Origin: an uncultured Planctomycetia bacterium
GTDB taxonomy: Bacteria > Omnitrophota > Gorgyraeia > Duberdicusellales > 4484-171
DNA: 64,000 nucleotides
Direction: 5' to 3'
Assembly (NCBI GenBank): GCA_964629655.1
Contig: CAZVQU010000001.1
Location: 164,056 to 228,055 of the forward strand
Under the pieces are notes generated by a model. The model did no database searches and was not told the origin of the DNA. It was given only the letters and a program-made list of their open reading frames with translations. This document shows, one piece after another, positions 54,626 to 64,000 of this stretch. Each line of letters begins with the position of its first letter. The first letter of the stretch is position 1. Position numbers and translations under genes: made by a program.

Positions 54626-55486
54626 TCATCCTCCTATCCCTAAAATAAGACTCAATATTCTGTCTCCCCAGAAAAACGCAACTACCGTTGCTAAAGATAA
54701 ATACGGTAAATAAGGTATCAAGTGTGACTTCTTAAAGATAATAGCAAAAATCGAATACAAGAGCGCGATAAAAGGGGCGATAAAGAATACTAACACTACA
54801 TCCCAAACTATGAATCCTAAAACTGGTGAATTAATCCCCAAGAATACACCAACCATGCCCATAAAATCGACATCGCCTAACCCTAAAGACTCTTTTTCGC
54901 CTTCGATTGACTCTTGTTTACGAAGCTTGAGATAAAAATCAATACCGATATCGCCAAAGAACTTAAAAGCATAAGTAAAACCAAAGCCAAAAAGTAATCC
55001 TTTCAAAGCTCTGTAAAAAGGCAACTCCTCTAAATCAAAGACTCCGGCTTTAAAAAGCTCACAAGTCGGCCACAGACTAAAGAGTAATCCTACAATAATT
55101 CCTATAAAACACAGGTGTACCGGAATAGCGTGGTAGTCGATATCGATGAATGAAACTACCACTAACAACGAAAAGAGAAATATATATTTTGCTAATTCTG
55201 CAGTAAGCCCTAATTTTAAATATAGGATTAGAAAGAATGCAGCAGTAATAAGCTCAACTAGCGGGTATCTTATAGATATCTTCTCGCTACAATCTCTACA
55301 GCGGCCTCTCAAAAAAAGATAGCTTAATATCGGAACATTATCATACCACTTAACAGGAGTCTTGCACTTTGGGCAAAAAGAACCGGGGAAAACAAGACTC
55401 TTCTCTTTAGGCAGACGATGAATGCACACATTCAAAAAACTACCGACACAGCTGCCAAAAACCAATATAAATATTTTTACAATCAT
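54626..55486 (-). CDS. pilD: Prepilin peptidase / N-methyltransferase
   Basis: GSFLNVCIHRLP, CPKC/CRDC, ISIRYPLVE, LG.GDV; start ATG 55486 overlaps aroE stop. Confidence 0.93.
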   Translation of the reverse strand: MIVKIFILVFGSCVGSFLNVCIHRLPKEKSLVFPGSFCPKCKTPVKWYDNVPILSYLFLRGRCRDCSEKISIRYPLVELITAAFFLILYLKLGLTAELAKYIFLFSLLVVVSFIDIDYHAIPVHLCFIGIIVGLLFSLWPTCELFKAGVFDLEELPFYRALKGLLFGFGFTYAFKFFGDIGIDFYLKLRKQESIEGEKESLGLGDVDFMGMVGVFLGINSPVLGFIVWDVVLVFFIAPFIALLYSIFAIIFKKSHLIPYLPYLSLATVVAFFWGDRILSLILGIGG

Positions 55487-56352
55487 TTCCTTCCCAGCTC
55501 CATATCTAAGGCTTCCCACATTACTTCTACTATTTTAGCACAAGGAATGGCAGTTTCAGTGAAATAAATAAAAGAAAAAGCTCCCTGATAAACAAGCATA
55601 CCTAAACCATCAGAACAGCGTAAACCTTTATCCTTAGCAAGAGATAATAATTTTGTCGGAGAAGGATTATAAATAAGATCATAAACAAATAAATCTTCAT
55701 GAAGCATGTTCTCTTCTATCAAACAGGGGTCATCCTTTGCCAAACCTACAGGAGTTGCGTTTACTAACAAGTCCTTATTGGCTATATTTAGCTGCCCGAT
55801 CTCATCTACTACTGATATATCAAGCTCCGGGAAAAGCTCCCCTAACATAAGAGAAACACCCTCTGCTTTATTCTTATCAATATCAAAAATAGCTATCTGG
55901 GCTACTTCTTTTTTCGCCACAGCATAGGCTACAGCCTTCCCGGCCCCTCCAGCACCTAGTATAGCTACTCTCTTATTCGTAGGATCAAAATTTAATTTGT
56001 TTAAATGCCTTAAGAACCCTGCTACATCGGTATTAAATCCTCTTATATCTTTTCCCTTTCTAACTATTGTATTTACAGCTCGGATTTCCTTTGCGTAGCG
56101 GGCTAATCTATCTAACTTTATGAGGCCAAAATCCAAAACTTTTTCTTTATAGGGAACAGTAACATTTAGCCCCCAGATGTTTTCATCCTCCAGACGGTCT
56201 AGGAAAGATTCTAATTCTTCAGGTTTCTTTTGGAATAAACGGTATTCTCCGGGAAGTTTTAATCTTCTAAAAGCAGTATTGTGCATTAAGGGAGAAAAAG
56301 AATGCTTTATCGGATGACCTATCAACCCATATATTTTGTAAGACGTTTTCAT
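55483..56352 (-). CDS. aroE: Shikimate dehydrogenase
   Basis: GHPIKHSFSP.MHN, NVTVPYK, AVNT, FNTD, GAGGAG, NATPVG, DLIYNP; start likely ATG 56352. Confidence 0.96.
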   Translation of the reverse strand: MKTSYKIYGLIGHPIKHSFSPLMHNTAFRRLKLPGEYRLFQKKPEELESFLDRLEDENIWGLNVTVPYKEKVLDFGLIKLDRLARYAKEIRAVNTIVRKGKDIRGFNTDVAGFLRHLNKLNFDPTNKRVAILGAGGAGKAVAYAVAKKEVAQIAIFDIDKNKAEGVSLMLGELFPELDISVVDEIGQLNIANKDLLVNATPVGLAKDDPCLIEENMLHEDLFVYDLIYNPSPTKLLSLAKDKGLRCSDGLGMLVYQGAFSFIYFTETAIPCAKIVEVMWEALDMELGRK

Positions 56353-56354
56353 AT

Positions 56355-56807
56355 TTACCCTCCGAGAGCAATACCCCAAAAGTAATCCCAGGTTTCCTTC
56401 CTGAAGTAAGAAAAAGGGTTAGGATAAGTATACCTAAGATGGCCTTCTATCTCCCCTTGAGTTCGGTATCTCCTGACCATCAAATCTCCTTGGTCTTCTT
56501 CGATATAATCATAGACTAAATTCCAAAAATCATCCCATTGAGAAGGCTCAAACTGGCCAAATACATCTTTCGCTAAGTGGATAAGCCTAGCTTCTCTGCT
56601 GATAAAACTTAACGGACGCTTTCTTTCGGGAGCAAAGGTGAAGGAAAGATTATGCTTAAAAATATCTACTTTTTGTTTGGTAATCCCAAACCAACTCCCA
56701 ATAGTTGCTTTTAAAGAAGTTAATCTCTCTATTTTGTGGAAACTAATTATGCCTAAGGCTAGTGCGATGACTACGACAATCCCAATAAAATTCTTAAAAT
56801 ACTTCAT
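56355..56807 (-). CDS. Hypothetical membrane-anchored protein
   Basis: N-terminal TM, aromatic-rich domain; ATGA overlap with leuA. Confidence 0.7.
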   Translation of the reverse strand: MKYFKNFIGIVVVIALALGIISFHKIERLTSLKATIGSWFGITKQKVDIFKHNLSFTFAPERKRPLSFISREARLIHLAKDVFGQFEPSQWDDFWNLVYDYIEEDQGDLMVRRYRTQGEIEGHLRYTYPNPFSYFRKETWDYFWGIALGG

Positions 56808-58315
56808 CCAACTCTATTTAGAGCATCTAGATAAGCTTTTACTGAAGACTCTAAAATATCGGTACTTGCTCCCCGGCCATTAACAGTCTTGCCTTTGACA
56901 ACGACCTCTACCCTTACCCGTCCTTGAGCATCCTTTCCTCTGGTAATTGCATCAAGCTTATAATTAAGGAGCTTTGTTTTTATCCTGGTAATCTTATCAA
57001 TAGCTTTATAACAAGCATCTACCGGTCCGTCGCCAGTAGATTTAGCTTCGCGAATCTTGCCTTTGTATTTAATCTTGACTTCAGCTTGAGGCAAAACGTC
57101 AGTCTCGGTAACTACCTTTATTGAAATCAAATCATATATCTTAACCTTTGGTTTTGTTTGCTCTTCGGCTAAAGCAACCAAATCACCATCAAAAATCTCT
57201 TTTTTCTTGTCAGCTAACTCTTTAAACTGCTTAAAAATTACATTTATCCTCTCTTGGGAAAGTTTAAAGCCTAGTTTTTCCAACCTCTTGACTAAAGCAT
57301 GTCGGCCGGAGTGCTTACCTAAGACTATTTGGCTCTTATCTATTCCTACATCCTTAGGATTCATTATCTCGTAAGTACTTCGTTTCTTTAGAATAGCGTC
57401 TTGATGAATCCCTGATTCATGAGCAAAAGCATTCCTTCCAACAATCGCTTTGTTAGGAGGAACTATAAATCCGGTAAGGTGGCTAACCAAACGCGAGGTA
57501 CGGGCAATTTCTTTAGTATTTACACCTATAGCAAGATTCTTAAAAGCATCTTTACGGGTATTTAAAGCCATTACTATCTCCTCCAGCGAAGCATTACCTG
57601 CTCTCTCACCAATACCATTTACTGTACAATGAACCTGGCGAGCTCCGGCTGCAACTGCCGATAGGGAGTTTGCTACTGCCATCCCCAAATCATCATGACA
57701 GTGTATAGCTATAATTGCCTTATTAATATTAGGAACATTATTACGAATATCATCAATCAGAGAGTAAACTTCTTGAGGATAAGAATATCCTACTGTATCA
57801 GGAATATTGATTGTCCTTGCCCCTTGTTTTATGGCTGTTTCAATCACTCGATAAAGAAAGTCTTTTTTGGAACGGGTAGCATCCTCAGGAGAAAACTCAA
57901 TGTCAGGACATAAGTTGCGAGCAAACTTAGTAGCTCCTTTAGCTAAAGTTAAAATCTCCTCTTCAGCTTTTCTAAATTTATACTTGAGATGAATCTTTGA
58001 AGTGGCTAAAAAAATATGGATGCGAGGATGTTTTGCCCTTTTCAACGATTTATGGACAGCTTCGATATCTTTAGGCAGACATCTTGCCAGACCACAAATG
58101 AAACTTTTCTTTATATTCCGGGCGATAAGATCTACGGCCTTAGAATCATCGGGACTCGCAATAGGAAAACCTGCCTCGATAACATCTACACCTAACCTTT
58201 CTAACTGATATGCTACTTCTAACTTCTGTTCAGAGGTCAGAGACGCTCCCGGAGCCTGCTCTCCGTCTCTTAAGGTAGTGTCAAAGATAATAATCTTTTC
58301 TTTTTTTGCGCTCAT
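56804..58315 (-). CDS. leuA: 2-isopropylmalate synthase
   Basis: DTTLRDGEQAPG, HCHDDLG, GIGERAGN, FAHESGIHQD, GDGPVDA regulatory domain. Confidence 0.96.
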   Translation of the reverse strand: MSAKKEKIIIFDTTLRDGEQAPGASLTSEQKLEVAYQLERLGVDVIEAGFPIASPDDSKAVDLIARNIKKSFICGLARCLPKDIEAVHKSLKRAKHPRIHIFLATSKIHLKYKFRKAEEEILTLAKGATKFARNLCPDIEFSPEDATRSKKDFLYRVIETAIKQGARTINIPDTVGYSYPQEVYSLIDDIRNNVPNINKAIIAIHCHDDLGMAVANSLSAVAAGARQVHCTVNGIGERAGNASLEEIVMALNTRKDAFKNLAIGVNTKEIARTSRLVSHLTGFIVPPNKAIVGRNAFAHESGIHQDAILKKRSTYEIMNPKDVGIDKSQIVLGKHSGRHALVKRLEKLGFKLSQERINVIFKQFKELADKKKEIFDGDLVALAEEQTKPKVKIYDLISIKVVTETDVLPQAEVKIKYKGKIREAKSTGDGPVDACYKAIDKITRIKTKLLNYKLDAITRGKDAQGRVRVEVVVKGKTVNGRGASTDILESSVKAYLDALNRVG

Positions 58316-58325
58316 CGCAAACTGA

Positions 58326-59315
58326 TTATTCCATCCAAGGCATCATGCCCCGGAGCTCTTTTCCTATTTTCTCAATCGGATGCTCTTTCTCTTCTTCAGT
58401 TATTCTGTTATAGTTTGGCCGACCATCCTGGTTCTCCTTTATCCATTCATTAGCAAAAGAACCTGACTGAACTTCACCGAGAATCTTCTTCATCTCTTCT
58501 CTGGTCTGTTTATTAATAATTCTTTTACCTCTGGTTATATCTCCATACTCAGCCGTATCAGATACTTTCTTTCTCATCCCATAAATACCGCTCTTATAAA
58601 TAAGGTCGGTAATTAATTTTAGCTCATGTAAGCACTCAAAATAAGCAATCTCCGGTTGATATCCAGCCTCAACTAGAGTATCAAAGCCTGCTTTTATTAA
58701 CTCTGCAGTACCACCACAAAGTACTGCTTGCTCACCAAAAAGGTCAGTTTCAGTCTCCTCTTTAAAGGTAGTTTCAATAACCCCAGCTCTTGTTCCGCCT
58801 ATTGCCTTAGCATAAGCCAAAGCTTTATCTTTAGCTTTGCCGCTGTAATCTTGGAATACTGCGATAAGACAAGGTACACCCCTACCCTGTTCGTATTGCT
58901 CCCTTACCAAAGCACCGGGACCCTTAGGCGCAACCATAAAAACATCAGCATTCTTTGGTGGCACTATCTGCTTAAAGTGTATGTTAAATCCATGAGAAAA
59001 CACAAGGGCATTGCCTTCTTTAAGGTTAGCTTCTATTGCTTGTCTGTAAACCATACCTTGAACATGGTCTTGAGTTAATATCTGGATAATATCAGCTTGG
59101 TCCGCAGCTTCCTGCGCAGAAATAACATTAAACCCATCTTTTTTAGCTTGTTGGTGGTTTGGTGTATCTTCCAATTCGCTGACCAAAACCTCAATGCCGC
59201 TATCTCTTAAATTCAAAGCCTGCCCCCGGCCTTGAATACCATAGCCGATAATAGCTACCTTAAGATTTTTAATTACATCTAGATTAGCATCTTTGTCATA
59301 ATACATCTTGGCCAT
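58326..59315 (-). CDS. ilvC: Ketol-acid reductoisomerase
   Basis: [37 protein letters not shown]; start ATG 59315 with SD GGAGGAGG. Confidence 0.97.
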   Translation of the reverse strand: MAKMYYDKDANLDVIKNLKVAIIGYGIQGRGQALNLRDSGIEVLVSELEDTPNHQQAKKDGFNVISAQEAADQADIIQILTQDHVQGMVYRQAIEANLKEGNALVFSHGFNIHFKQIVPPKNADVFMVAPKGPGALVREQYEQGRGVPCLIAVFQDYSGKAKDKALAYAKAIGGTRAGVIETTFKEETETDLFGEQAVLCGGTAELIKAGFDTLVEAGYQPEIAYFECLHELKLITDLIYKSGIYGMRKKVSDTAEYGDITRGKRIINKQTREEMKKILGEVQSGSFANEWIKENQDGRPNYNRITEEEKEHPIEKIGKELRGMMPWME

Positions 59316-59363
59316 GTTTTTCCTCCTCCTTAATGACAACCCTGAATGAAGCGAAGGGCCTTG

Positions 59364-59837
59364 TTACTTCCCTATTGCAATTCTTCCAGTTCTTACCAAT
59401 TCCTTTATCCCTAAACTCTTTAACTCTTTTAAAATCTCATCTTCCTGGTGATGATCAGAGCAAATTTCTAAAAGAAAATCTCCTTTAGTCTCATCAATAA
59501 CTTTTACCGGAAACTTTTTAACTAATCTTTCTACAACCTTTTTACTTCCACCATTTTTCAATATTTTGATTAAAATCAAATCTCTATCAATATACTCTCG
59601 GCGGGTAAAATCAACTACTGTAATCACATCAATGAGTTTATGAAGTTGCTTCTTTATCTGCTCTAATATTCTTTCATCCTCGGCATCTACAACAATAGTC
59701 ATGCAGGAAACCGTAGAATCGTGGGTCTCGCCAACAGCTAAAGATTCAATATTATATCCCCGGGCACTAAATAAAGAGGCAACTCTTGCCAAAACTCCGA
59801 ATCTATTTTCCACCAAAGCTTGTATTGTATGTCTCAT
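59364..59837 (-). CDS. ilvN: Acetolactate synthase small subunit
   Basis: LVENRFGVLARVASLFSARGYNIESLAV, KQLHKLIDV, ELVRTG. Confidence 0.95.
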   Translation of the reverse strand: MRHTIQALVENRFGVLARVASLFSARGYNIESLAVGETHDSTVSCMTIVVDAEDERILEQIKKQLHKLIDVITVVDFTRREYIDRDLILIKILKNGGSKKVVERLVKKFPVKVIDETKGDFLLEICSDHHQEDEILKELKSLGIKELVRTGRIAIGK

Positions 59838-59841
59838 AATA

Positions 59842-61518
59842 TCACGCCATCCCGCCTATCATTCTGTTAATTGCTTCTCCAGCCGGCACCATCGGAAATA
59901 CATTCTCCTCGGGTTCAATCCGAAAATCAGCCAGAACCGATGTCTTTGCCGAAAGAATTTCTTTAACAGCTTTTTTTACTTCACTAACCTTCTTTACCCT
60001 GACACCTTTGATGCCATAACCCTGGGCAACTTTAACAAAATCGGGATTCTTCAGAGGAGTTCCTGAATAACGCCGATTGTAAAAAAGTTCCTGCCACTGC
60101 CTTACCATTCCTAAATAACCGTTATTTAAAATAATTATTTTTACCTTTATATTATAGGTACTCAAAGTAGCTAACTCCTGAATATTCATCTGTATTGAAC
60201 CGTCACCGGCAATAACAATAACTTCTTTTTTAGGATTAGCTATTTTTGCCCCGATTGCCGCCGGAAAACCATAACCCATAGTTCCTAGGCCTCCACTGGA
60301 TAAGAAGTGACGCGGATAGTCATACTTATAAAACTGCGCTGCCCACATCTGATTTTGCCCTACCTCGGTTACAATAATTGCTTTTCCTTTAGTCTGGTTA
60401 TAAATCTCTTCAATAACACGCTGAGGCTTTATCTTACCACTACCACTCTTCTTGTAAGAAAGCGGATGCTTCTTCTTCCAACCCTCTATCTTCTTATGCC
60501 ACTTACTTAAATCCGGAAGCCTAGACTCTTTTATCTCCTCAGTAAGCTGGCCTAAGATATTTTTGGCATCTCCGACAATAGGAACATCAACATTTATATT
60601 CTTACTTATTGAAGTCGGATCAATATCAATATGGATTATCTTTGCTTCAGGGGCAAAAGCATCAAGTTTACCAGTAACTCTATCGTCAAAGCGCGACCCG
60701 ACCGAAATTAAAAGGTCACTTTCAGTAATAGCCATATTAGCGTAAACAGTACCGTGCATTCCCGGCATACCCAAAGCCAAGTCATTCGTCGAAGGAAATC
60801 CTCCGAAACCCATAAGGGTAGTAGAAACAGGAATTTTAGCTTTTTCGGCAAACTTTAAAAGTTCATTATGAGCTTCTGATATTAAAATTCCTCCGCCAGC
60901 AATAATTACCGGCTTTTTGGAATCATAAATTAACTTTAGAACCTTTTTTATCTGACCGGGATGACCATAGTGAGTAGGGTTATAGCTGCGCATTTGGATT
61001 TTATCAGGATAACTAAAATCTGCCTCTTGAATCTGCACGTCAACCGGTAAATCTATAACTACCGGTCCCGGTCTGCCAGTATTAGCTAAATAAAAAGCTT
61101 CTTTTACGGTGTAAGCAAGATCTTTAACATCCTTTACTAAGTAATTATACTTTGAGACAGAACGAGTTACTCCGGTAACATCTGCCTCTTGAAAAGCATC
61201 GTTGCCGATTAAAGATGTTTTCACCTGGCCGGTTATGGCAATAATTGGCACTGAATCCATATGGGCAGTGGCAATACCGGTAATTAAATTAGTGGCTCCC
61301 GGTCCGGAGGTAGCTAAGCAAACTCCGATTTTACCAGTAGAGCGAGCATAGCCATCGGCAGCATGGGCAGCTGCCTGCTCATGACGGGTTAAGATAAATT
61401 TTATCGGGGAATCGTATAAACAATCAAAAATAGGTATGACTGTTCCCCCTGGGTAGCCAAAAATTACCTCGACCCCTTCACGGATTAAGCTTTCTATTAA
61501 GATTTTTGCGCCTTTCAT
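59842..61518 (-). CDS. ilvB: Acetolactate synthase large subunit
   Basis: FGYPGG, RHEQAAAHAADGYAR, TSGPGATN, SGGLGTMG, GDGS..MN, GMVRQWQ. Confidence 0.97.
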   Translation of the reverse strand: MKGAKILIESLIREGVEVIFGYPGGTVIPIFDCLYDSPIKFILTRHEQAAAHAADGYARSTGKIGVCLATSGPGATNLITGIATAHMDSVPIIAITGQVKTSLIGNDAFQEADVTGVTRSVSKYNYLVKDVKDLAYTVKEAFYLANTGRPGPVVIDLPVDVQIQEADFSYPDKIQMRSYNPTHYGHPGQIKKVLKLIYDSKKPVIIAGGGILISEAHNELLKFAEKAKIPVSTTLMGFGGFPSTNDLALGMPGMHGTVYANMAITESDLLISVGSRFDDRVTGKLDAFAPEAKIIHIDIDPTSISKNINVDVPIVGDAKNILGQLTEEIKESRLPDLSKWHKKIEGWKKKHPLSYKKSGSGKIKPQRVIEEIYNQTKGKAIIVTEVGQNQMWAAQFYKYDYPRHFLSSGGLGTMGYGFPAAIGAKIANPKKEVIVIAGDGSIQMNIQELATLSTYNIKVKIIILNNGYLGMVRQWQELFYNRRYSGTPLKNPDFVKVAQGYGIKGVRVKKVSEVKKAVKEILSAKTSVLADFRIEPEENVFPMVPAGEAINRMIGGMA

Positions 61519-61629
61519 AGCAATCTAGATTATATCATTGGCTCTCAAAAAAACAACAATGAAATTAACCCCTTATTTTTGTTATTATTTTGTATTCTCA
61601 AGGGCAAATTAAGGAGAGATTTATCCTTT

Positions 61630-63198
61630 TTATTTCAAATCTTTAAGAAGCTTATACTCAAAGCTATCAGCTAAAGCCTGCCAAGATGCTTCGATAACGT
61701 TCTCAGAAACACCAATGGTTGACCAGCTATCTTCCTCATCTTGGGACTCAATCAAAACCCTAACCTTTGCCGCAGTACCGCCCTTCTCATCTAAAACCCT
61801 GACCTTAAAGTCAGTAAGGTGCATTTTTGAAAGAGTGGGGTAAAATTTAGATAAGGCCTTTCTTAAAGCATTATCTAAGGCGTTAACCGGACCGTCGCCT
61901 TCAGAGGCCGTATGCTCTAGCTTGCCGTTAATCTTTAGTTTTATAGTTGCTTCTGAAATTAATTTATTATCTTCTTTTCTTTCAACAACAACTTTGAAAC
62001 CTAACAGATCAAAAAAGTTTTTGTGTTTCTTGAATTCCTTTTGAAGCAATAATTTAAAAGACCCTTCGGCGGCTTCAAATTGATACCCTTGGCTTTCTAA
62101 TCTTTGAATAAGCTTATGCAAATCCTTTGCTTTATCTGACTTCTTGTCTAAATCAAACTCTAACTCTTTAGCCTTTACTACCAGGGTAGACTTTCCAGCC
62201 AGCTCAGAAACCACAAATTTTCTCTTATTTCCCACTAAAGCCGGATCAATATTCTCATAGGCTCGAGGATTTTTAATCACAGCATCGATATGCACTCCCC
62301 CTTTATGAGCAAAAGCGCTTCGCCCGATGAAAGGGTGATTGTCGCGATGAGACATATTACAGACTTCACTTACAAAGCGAGACAGATGGGTTAGCTCAGC
62401 TAACTTCTTACTCGGCACAACATTCTTGCCCATTCTCAATTGCAATATACTCATTATCGGTACTAAATCTGCGTTTCCGCACCTTTCTCCGTAGCCATTC
62501 ATAGTCCCCTGGATATGGACACAACCTTCATCTACGCTAATTATCGAATTTGCTACTGCAAGACCCAGGTCATTATGGCAATGTATGCCAAATTCATCTA
62601 TAGAAAGTTTGCCCTTTATCTCCTGAATAATTGTTTTCATCTCACTAGGGAGTGTTCCACCGTTAGTATCGCAAAGAACAATCAGCTCTGCTCCAGCCTC
62701 TATAGCTGAGCCTACTGTCCGAAGAGCATAATCAGGATTTGCCTTATACCCATCAAAGAAATGTTCAGCATCGTAGAATACTTTCTTACCCTTTTTTGTC
62801 AAAAAATCTACGCTATCAAAGATAATTCTAAGGTTATCTTCAGGCTTTATCCTTAACACTTCGTTTACGTGCAAATCCCAAGTTTTGCCAAAAATAGTAA
62901 CATACTCAGTCTCTGATTCAAGCAGACTAATAAGATTCTTATCGTCCTTAGCCGGTTTTGAAGGATGAGCAGTAGAACCAAAAGGGGTAAGTTTGCTTTT
63001 TCTTAAGGGATTCTTCTTGAAGTATTCGAAGAACTCCTTATCTTTAGGATTAGAGAATGGCCAGCCACCTTCAATAAAATCAATACCAAAATCATCTAGC
63101 TTTTTAGCAATATTGATCTTGTCCTTGCAGCTTAAGGATATTCCTTCAGTCTGGGTTCCATCCCTTAAGGTCGTGTCATAAATATATACTTTTTTCAT
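61630..63198 (-). CDS. cimA: Citramalate synthase
   Basis: DTTLRDGTQ.EG, EGGWP.SNPKD, YDAEHFFDG, AFAHKGGVH, VSENVIEASW.AL. Confidence 0.93.
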   Translation of the reverse strand: MKKVYIYDTTLRDGTQTEGISLSCKDKINIAKKLDDFGIDFIEGGWPFSNPKDKEFFEYFKKNPLRKSKLTPFGSTAHPSKPAKDDKNLISLLESETEYVTIFGKTWDLHVNEVLRIKPEDNLRIIFDSVDFLTKKGKKVFYDAEHFFDGYKANPDYALRTVGSAIEAGAELIVLCDTNGGTLPSEMKTIIQEIKGKLSIDEFGIHCHNDLGLAVANSIISVDEGCVHIQGTMNGYGERCGNADLVPIMSILQLRMGKNVVPSKKLAELTHLSRFVSEVCNMSHRDNHPFIGRSAFAHKGGVHIDAVIKNPRAYENIDPALVGNKRKFVVSELAGKSTLVVKAKELEFDLDKKSDKAKDLHKLIQRLESQGYQFEAAEGSFKLLLQKEFKKHKNFFDLLGFKVVVERKEDNKLISEATIKLKINGKLEHTASEGDGPVNALDNALRKALSKFYPTLSKMHLTDFKVRVLDEKGGTAAKVRVLIESQDEEDSWSTIGVSENVIEASWQALADSFEYKLLKDLK

Positions 63199-63234
63199 CT
63201 CTTACCTTTTGTCGGTTTAACAACTTTCTTTAGT

Positions 63235-63999
63235 TTATCCTAATTTAAATCCTTTGTGAAGGACTTTTAATGCTTTTTTACCAGCGGTTTTCTTAACTAT
63301 GCAAGAGATGCTAATCTCTGAAGTTGAAATCATATCGATATTAATCTTGTTTCTTGCCAAGACTGAGAAACATCTTGCTGCTACTCCGGAATGAGATTTC
63401 ATTCCCACACCGACGACAGAAACCTTGGCTATAGTTTCATCAGAGATAACTTCTCCAGTCCCAATACTCTTTGATATACTCTTTGATATTTTAAGAGCTT
63501 TGATGAGATTCTTTTTGGGTACAGTAAAAGAAATGTCTGTTGTCTTTTTATGACTTACGTTCTGAACGATCATATCTACGTTAATATTTTTGCGGGCTAG
63601 TTCGTTGAATAAATGAGCAGCAATTCCCGGCTTATCAGAAACATTGCATAAGGTTAACTTTGCTTCATCGCTGGTAAGGGTTATCCCTCTTACTACCGGC
63701 TCCTCTATAAATGATGTTTTTTTCATAATTATTGTTCCCTCCTTCTTGGTAAAACTTCCCCTTACGTGTATCGGGATATTAAATTTCTTTGCTACCTCGA
63801 TTGCCCTGGTATGCATAACCTGAGCGCCTAAAGATGCAAGCTCAAGCATCTCATCAAAAGTAATATTCTTTAGCTTCTTTGCCGCAAGTACAACTCGCGG
63901 ATCAGCAGTATATATGCCCTCTACATCGGTGTAAATTTCACATAAATCTGCCTTTAAAGATACGGCCATGGCCACAGCGCTTAAATCTGAACCACCTCG
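63235..63999 (-). CDS. lysC: Aspartate kinase (5' end outside window)
   Basis: RGGSDLSAVA at the window edge, IYTDVEGIYTADPR, two ACT domains (DKPGIAA, VGMKSHSGVA). Confidence 0.95.
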   Translation of the reverse strand, partial: RGGSDLSAVAMAVSLKADLCEIYTDVEGIYTADPRVVLAAKKLKNITFDEMLELASLGAQVMHTRAIEVAKKFNIPIHVRGSFTKKEGTIIMKKTSFIEEPVVRGITLTSDEAKLTLCNVSDKPGIAAHLFNELARKNINVDMIVQNVSHKKTTDISFTVPKKNLIKALKISKSISKSIGTGEVISDETIAKVSVVGVGMKSHSGVAARCFSVLARNKINIDMISTSEISISCIVKKTAGKKALKVLHKGFKLG

Positions 64000-64000
64000 T

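Noticed and set aside
61519-61629. Leader-peptide attenuator or T-box upstream of ilvB
   Set aside because: No leader ORF, terminator or T-box motif seen; the promoter abuts the ATG.

Overview
AT-rich bacterial chromosomal segment, almost entirely minus-strand and mostly housekeeping. It holds lnt, secA, prfB, pilT, ogt, uvrC, murJ, rpsT, holA, lptE, bamD, comEC/comEA, leuS, nfo, a Ski2-like helicase, rpmB, recJ, argS, thrC, hom, gpsA, nnrD, acpS, pdxJ, cdaA, folP, ftsH, tilS, mpg, aroC/aroE, pilD, leuA, ilvBNC, cimA, lysC and 7 tRNAs. The gene style suggests a diderm PVC-superphylum organism such as Omnitrophota (inference, not verified). No CRISPR, IS, prophage or rRNA was seen. The left end is a two-partner secretion (TPS) operon: a TPR/charged-repeat gene, then TpsB, then an HMW1/FHA-like TpsA that runs off the window and is absent from the ORF track. 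The most striking signal is one 29-aa (87-bp) Lys/Glu/Ala/Gln/Arg helical repeat family. It makes up most of the TPS-associated TPR protein and also recurs within a ~480-aa C-terminal extension on BamD 12-14 kb away, with 52/57 nt identity between the two unrelated genes. This suggests a shared or mobile coding repeat on outer-membrane-assembly proteins. Other candidates: an unannotated 45-aa TM-only CdaR-like peptide, a ~58-nt sRNA, a duplicated promoter flanking an HD-GYP/CBS cassette, a beta-propeller fused to a half-TolC-like domain, a REP-like palindrome family, prfB without its frameshift, and many apparently leaderless promoters.
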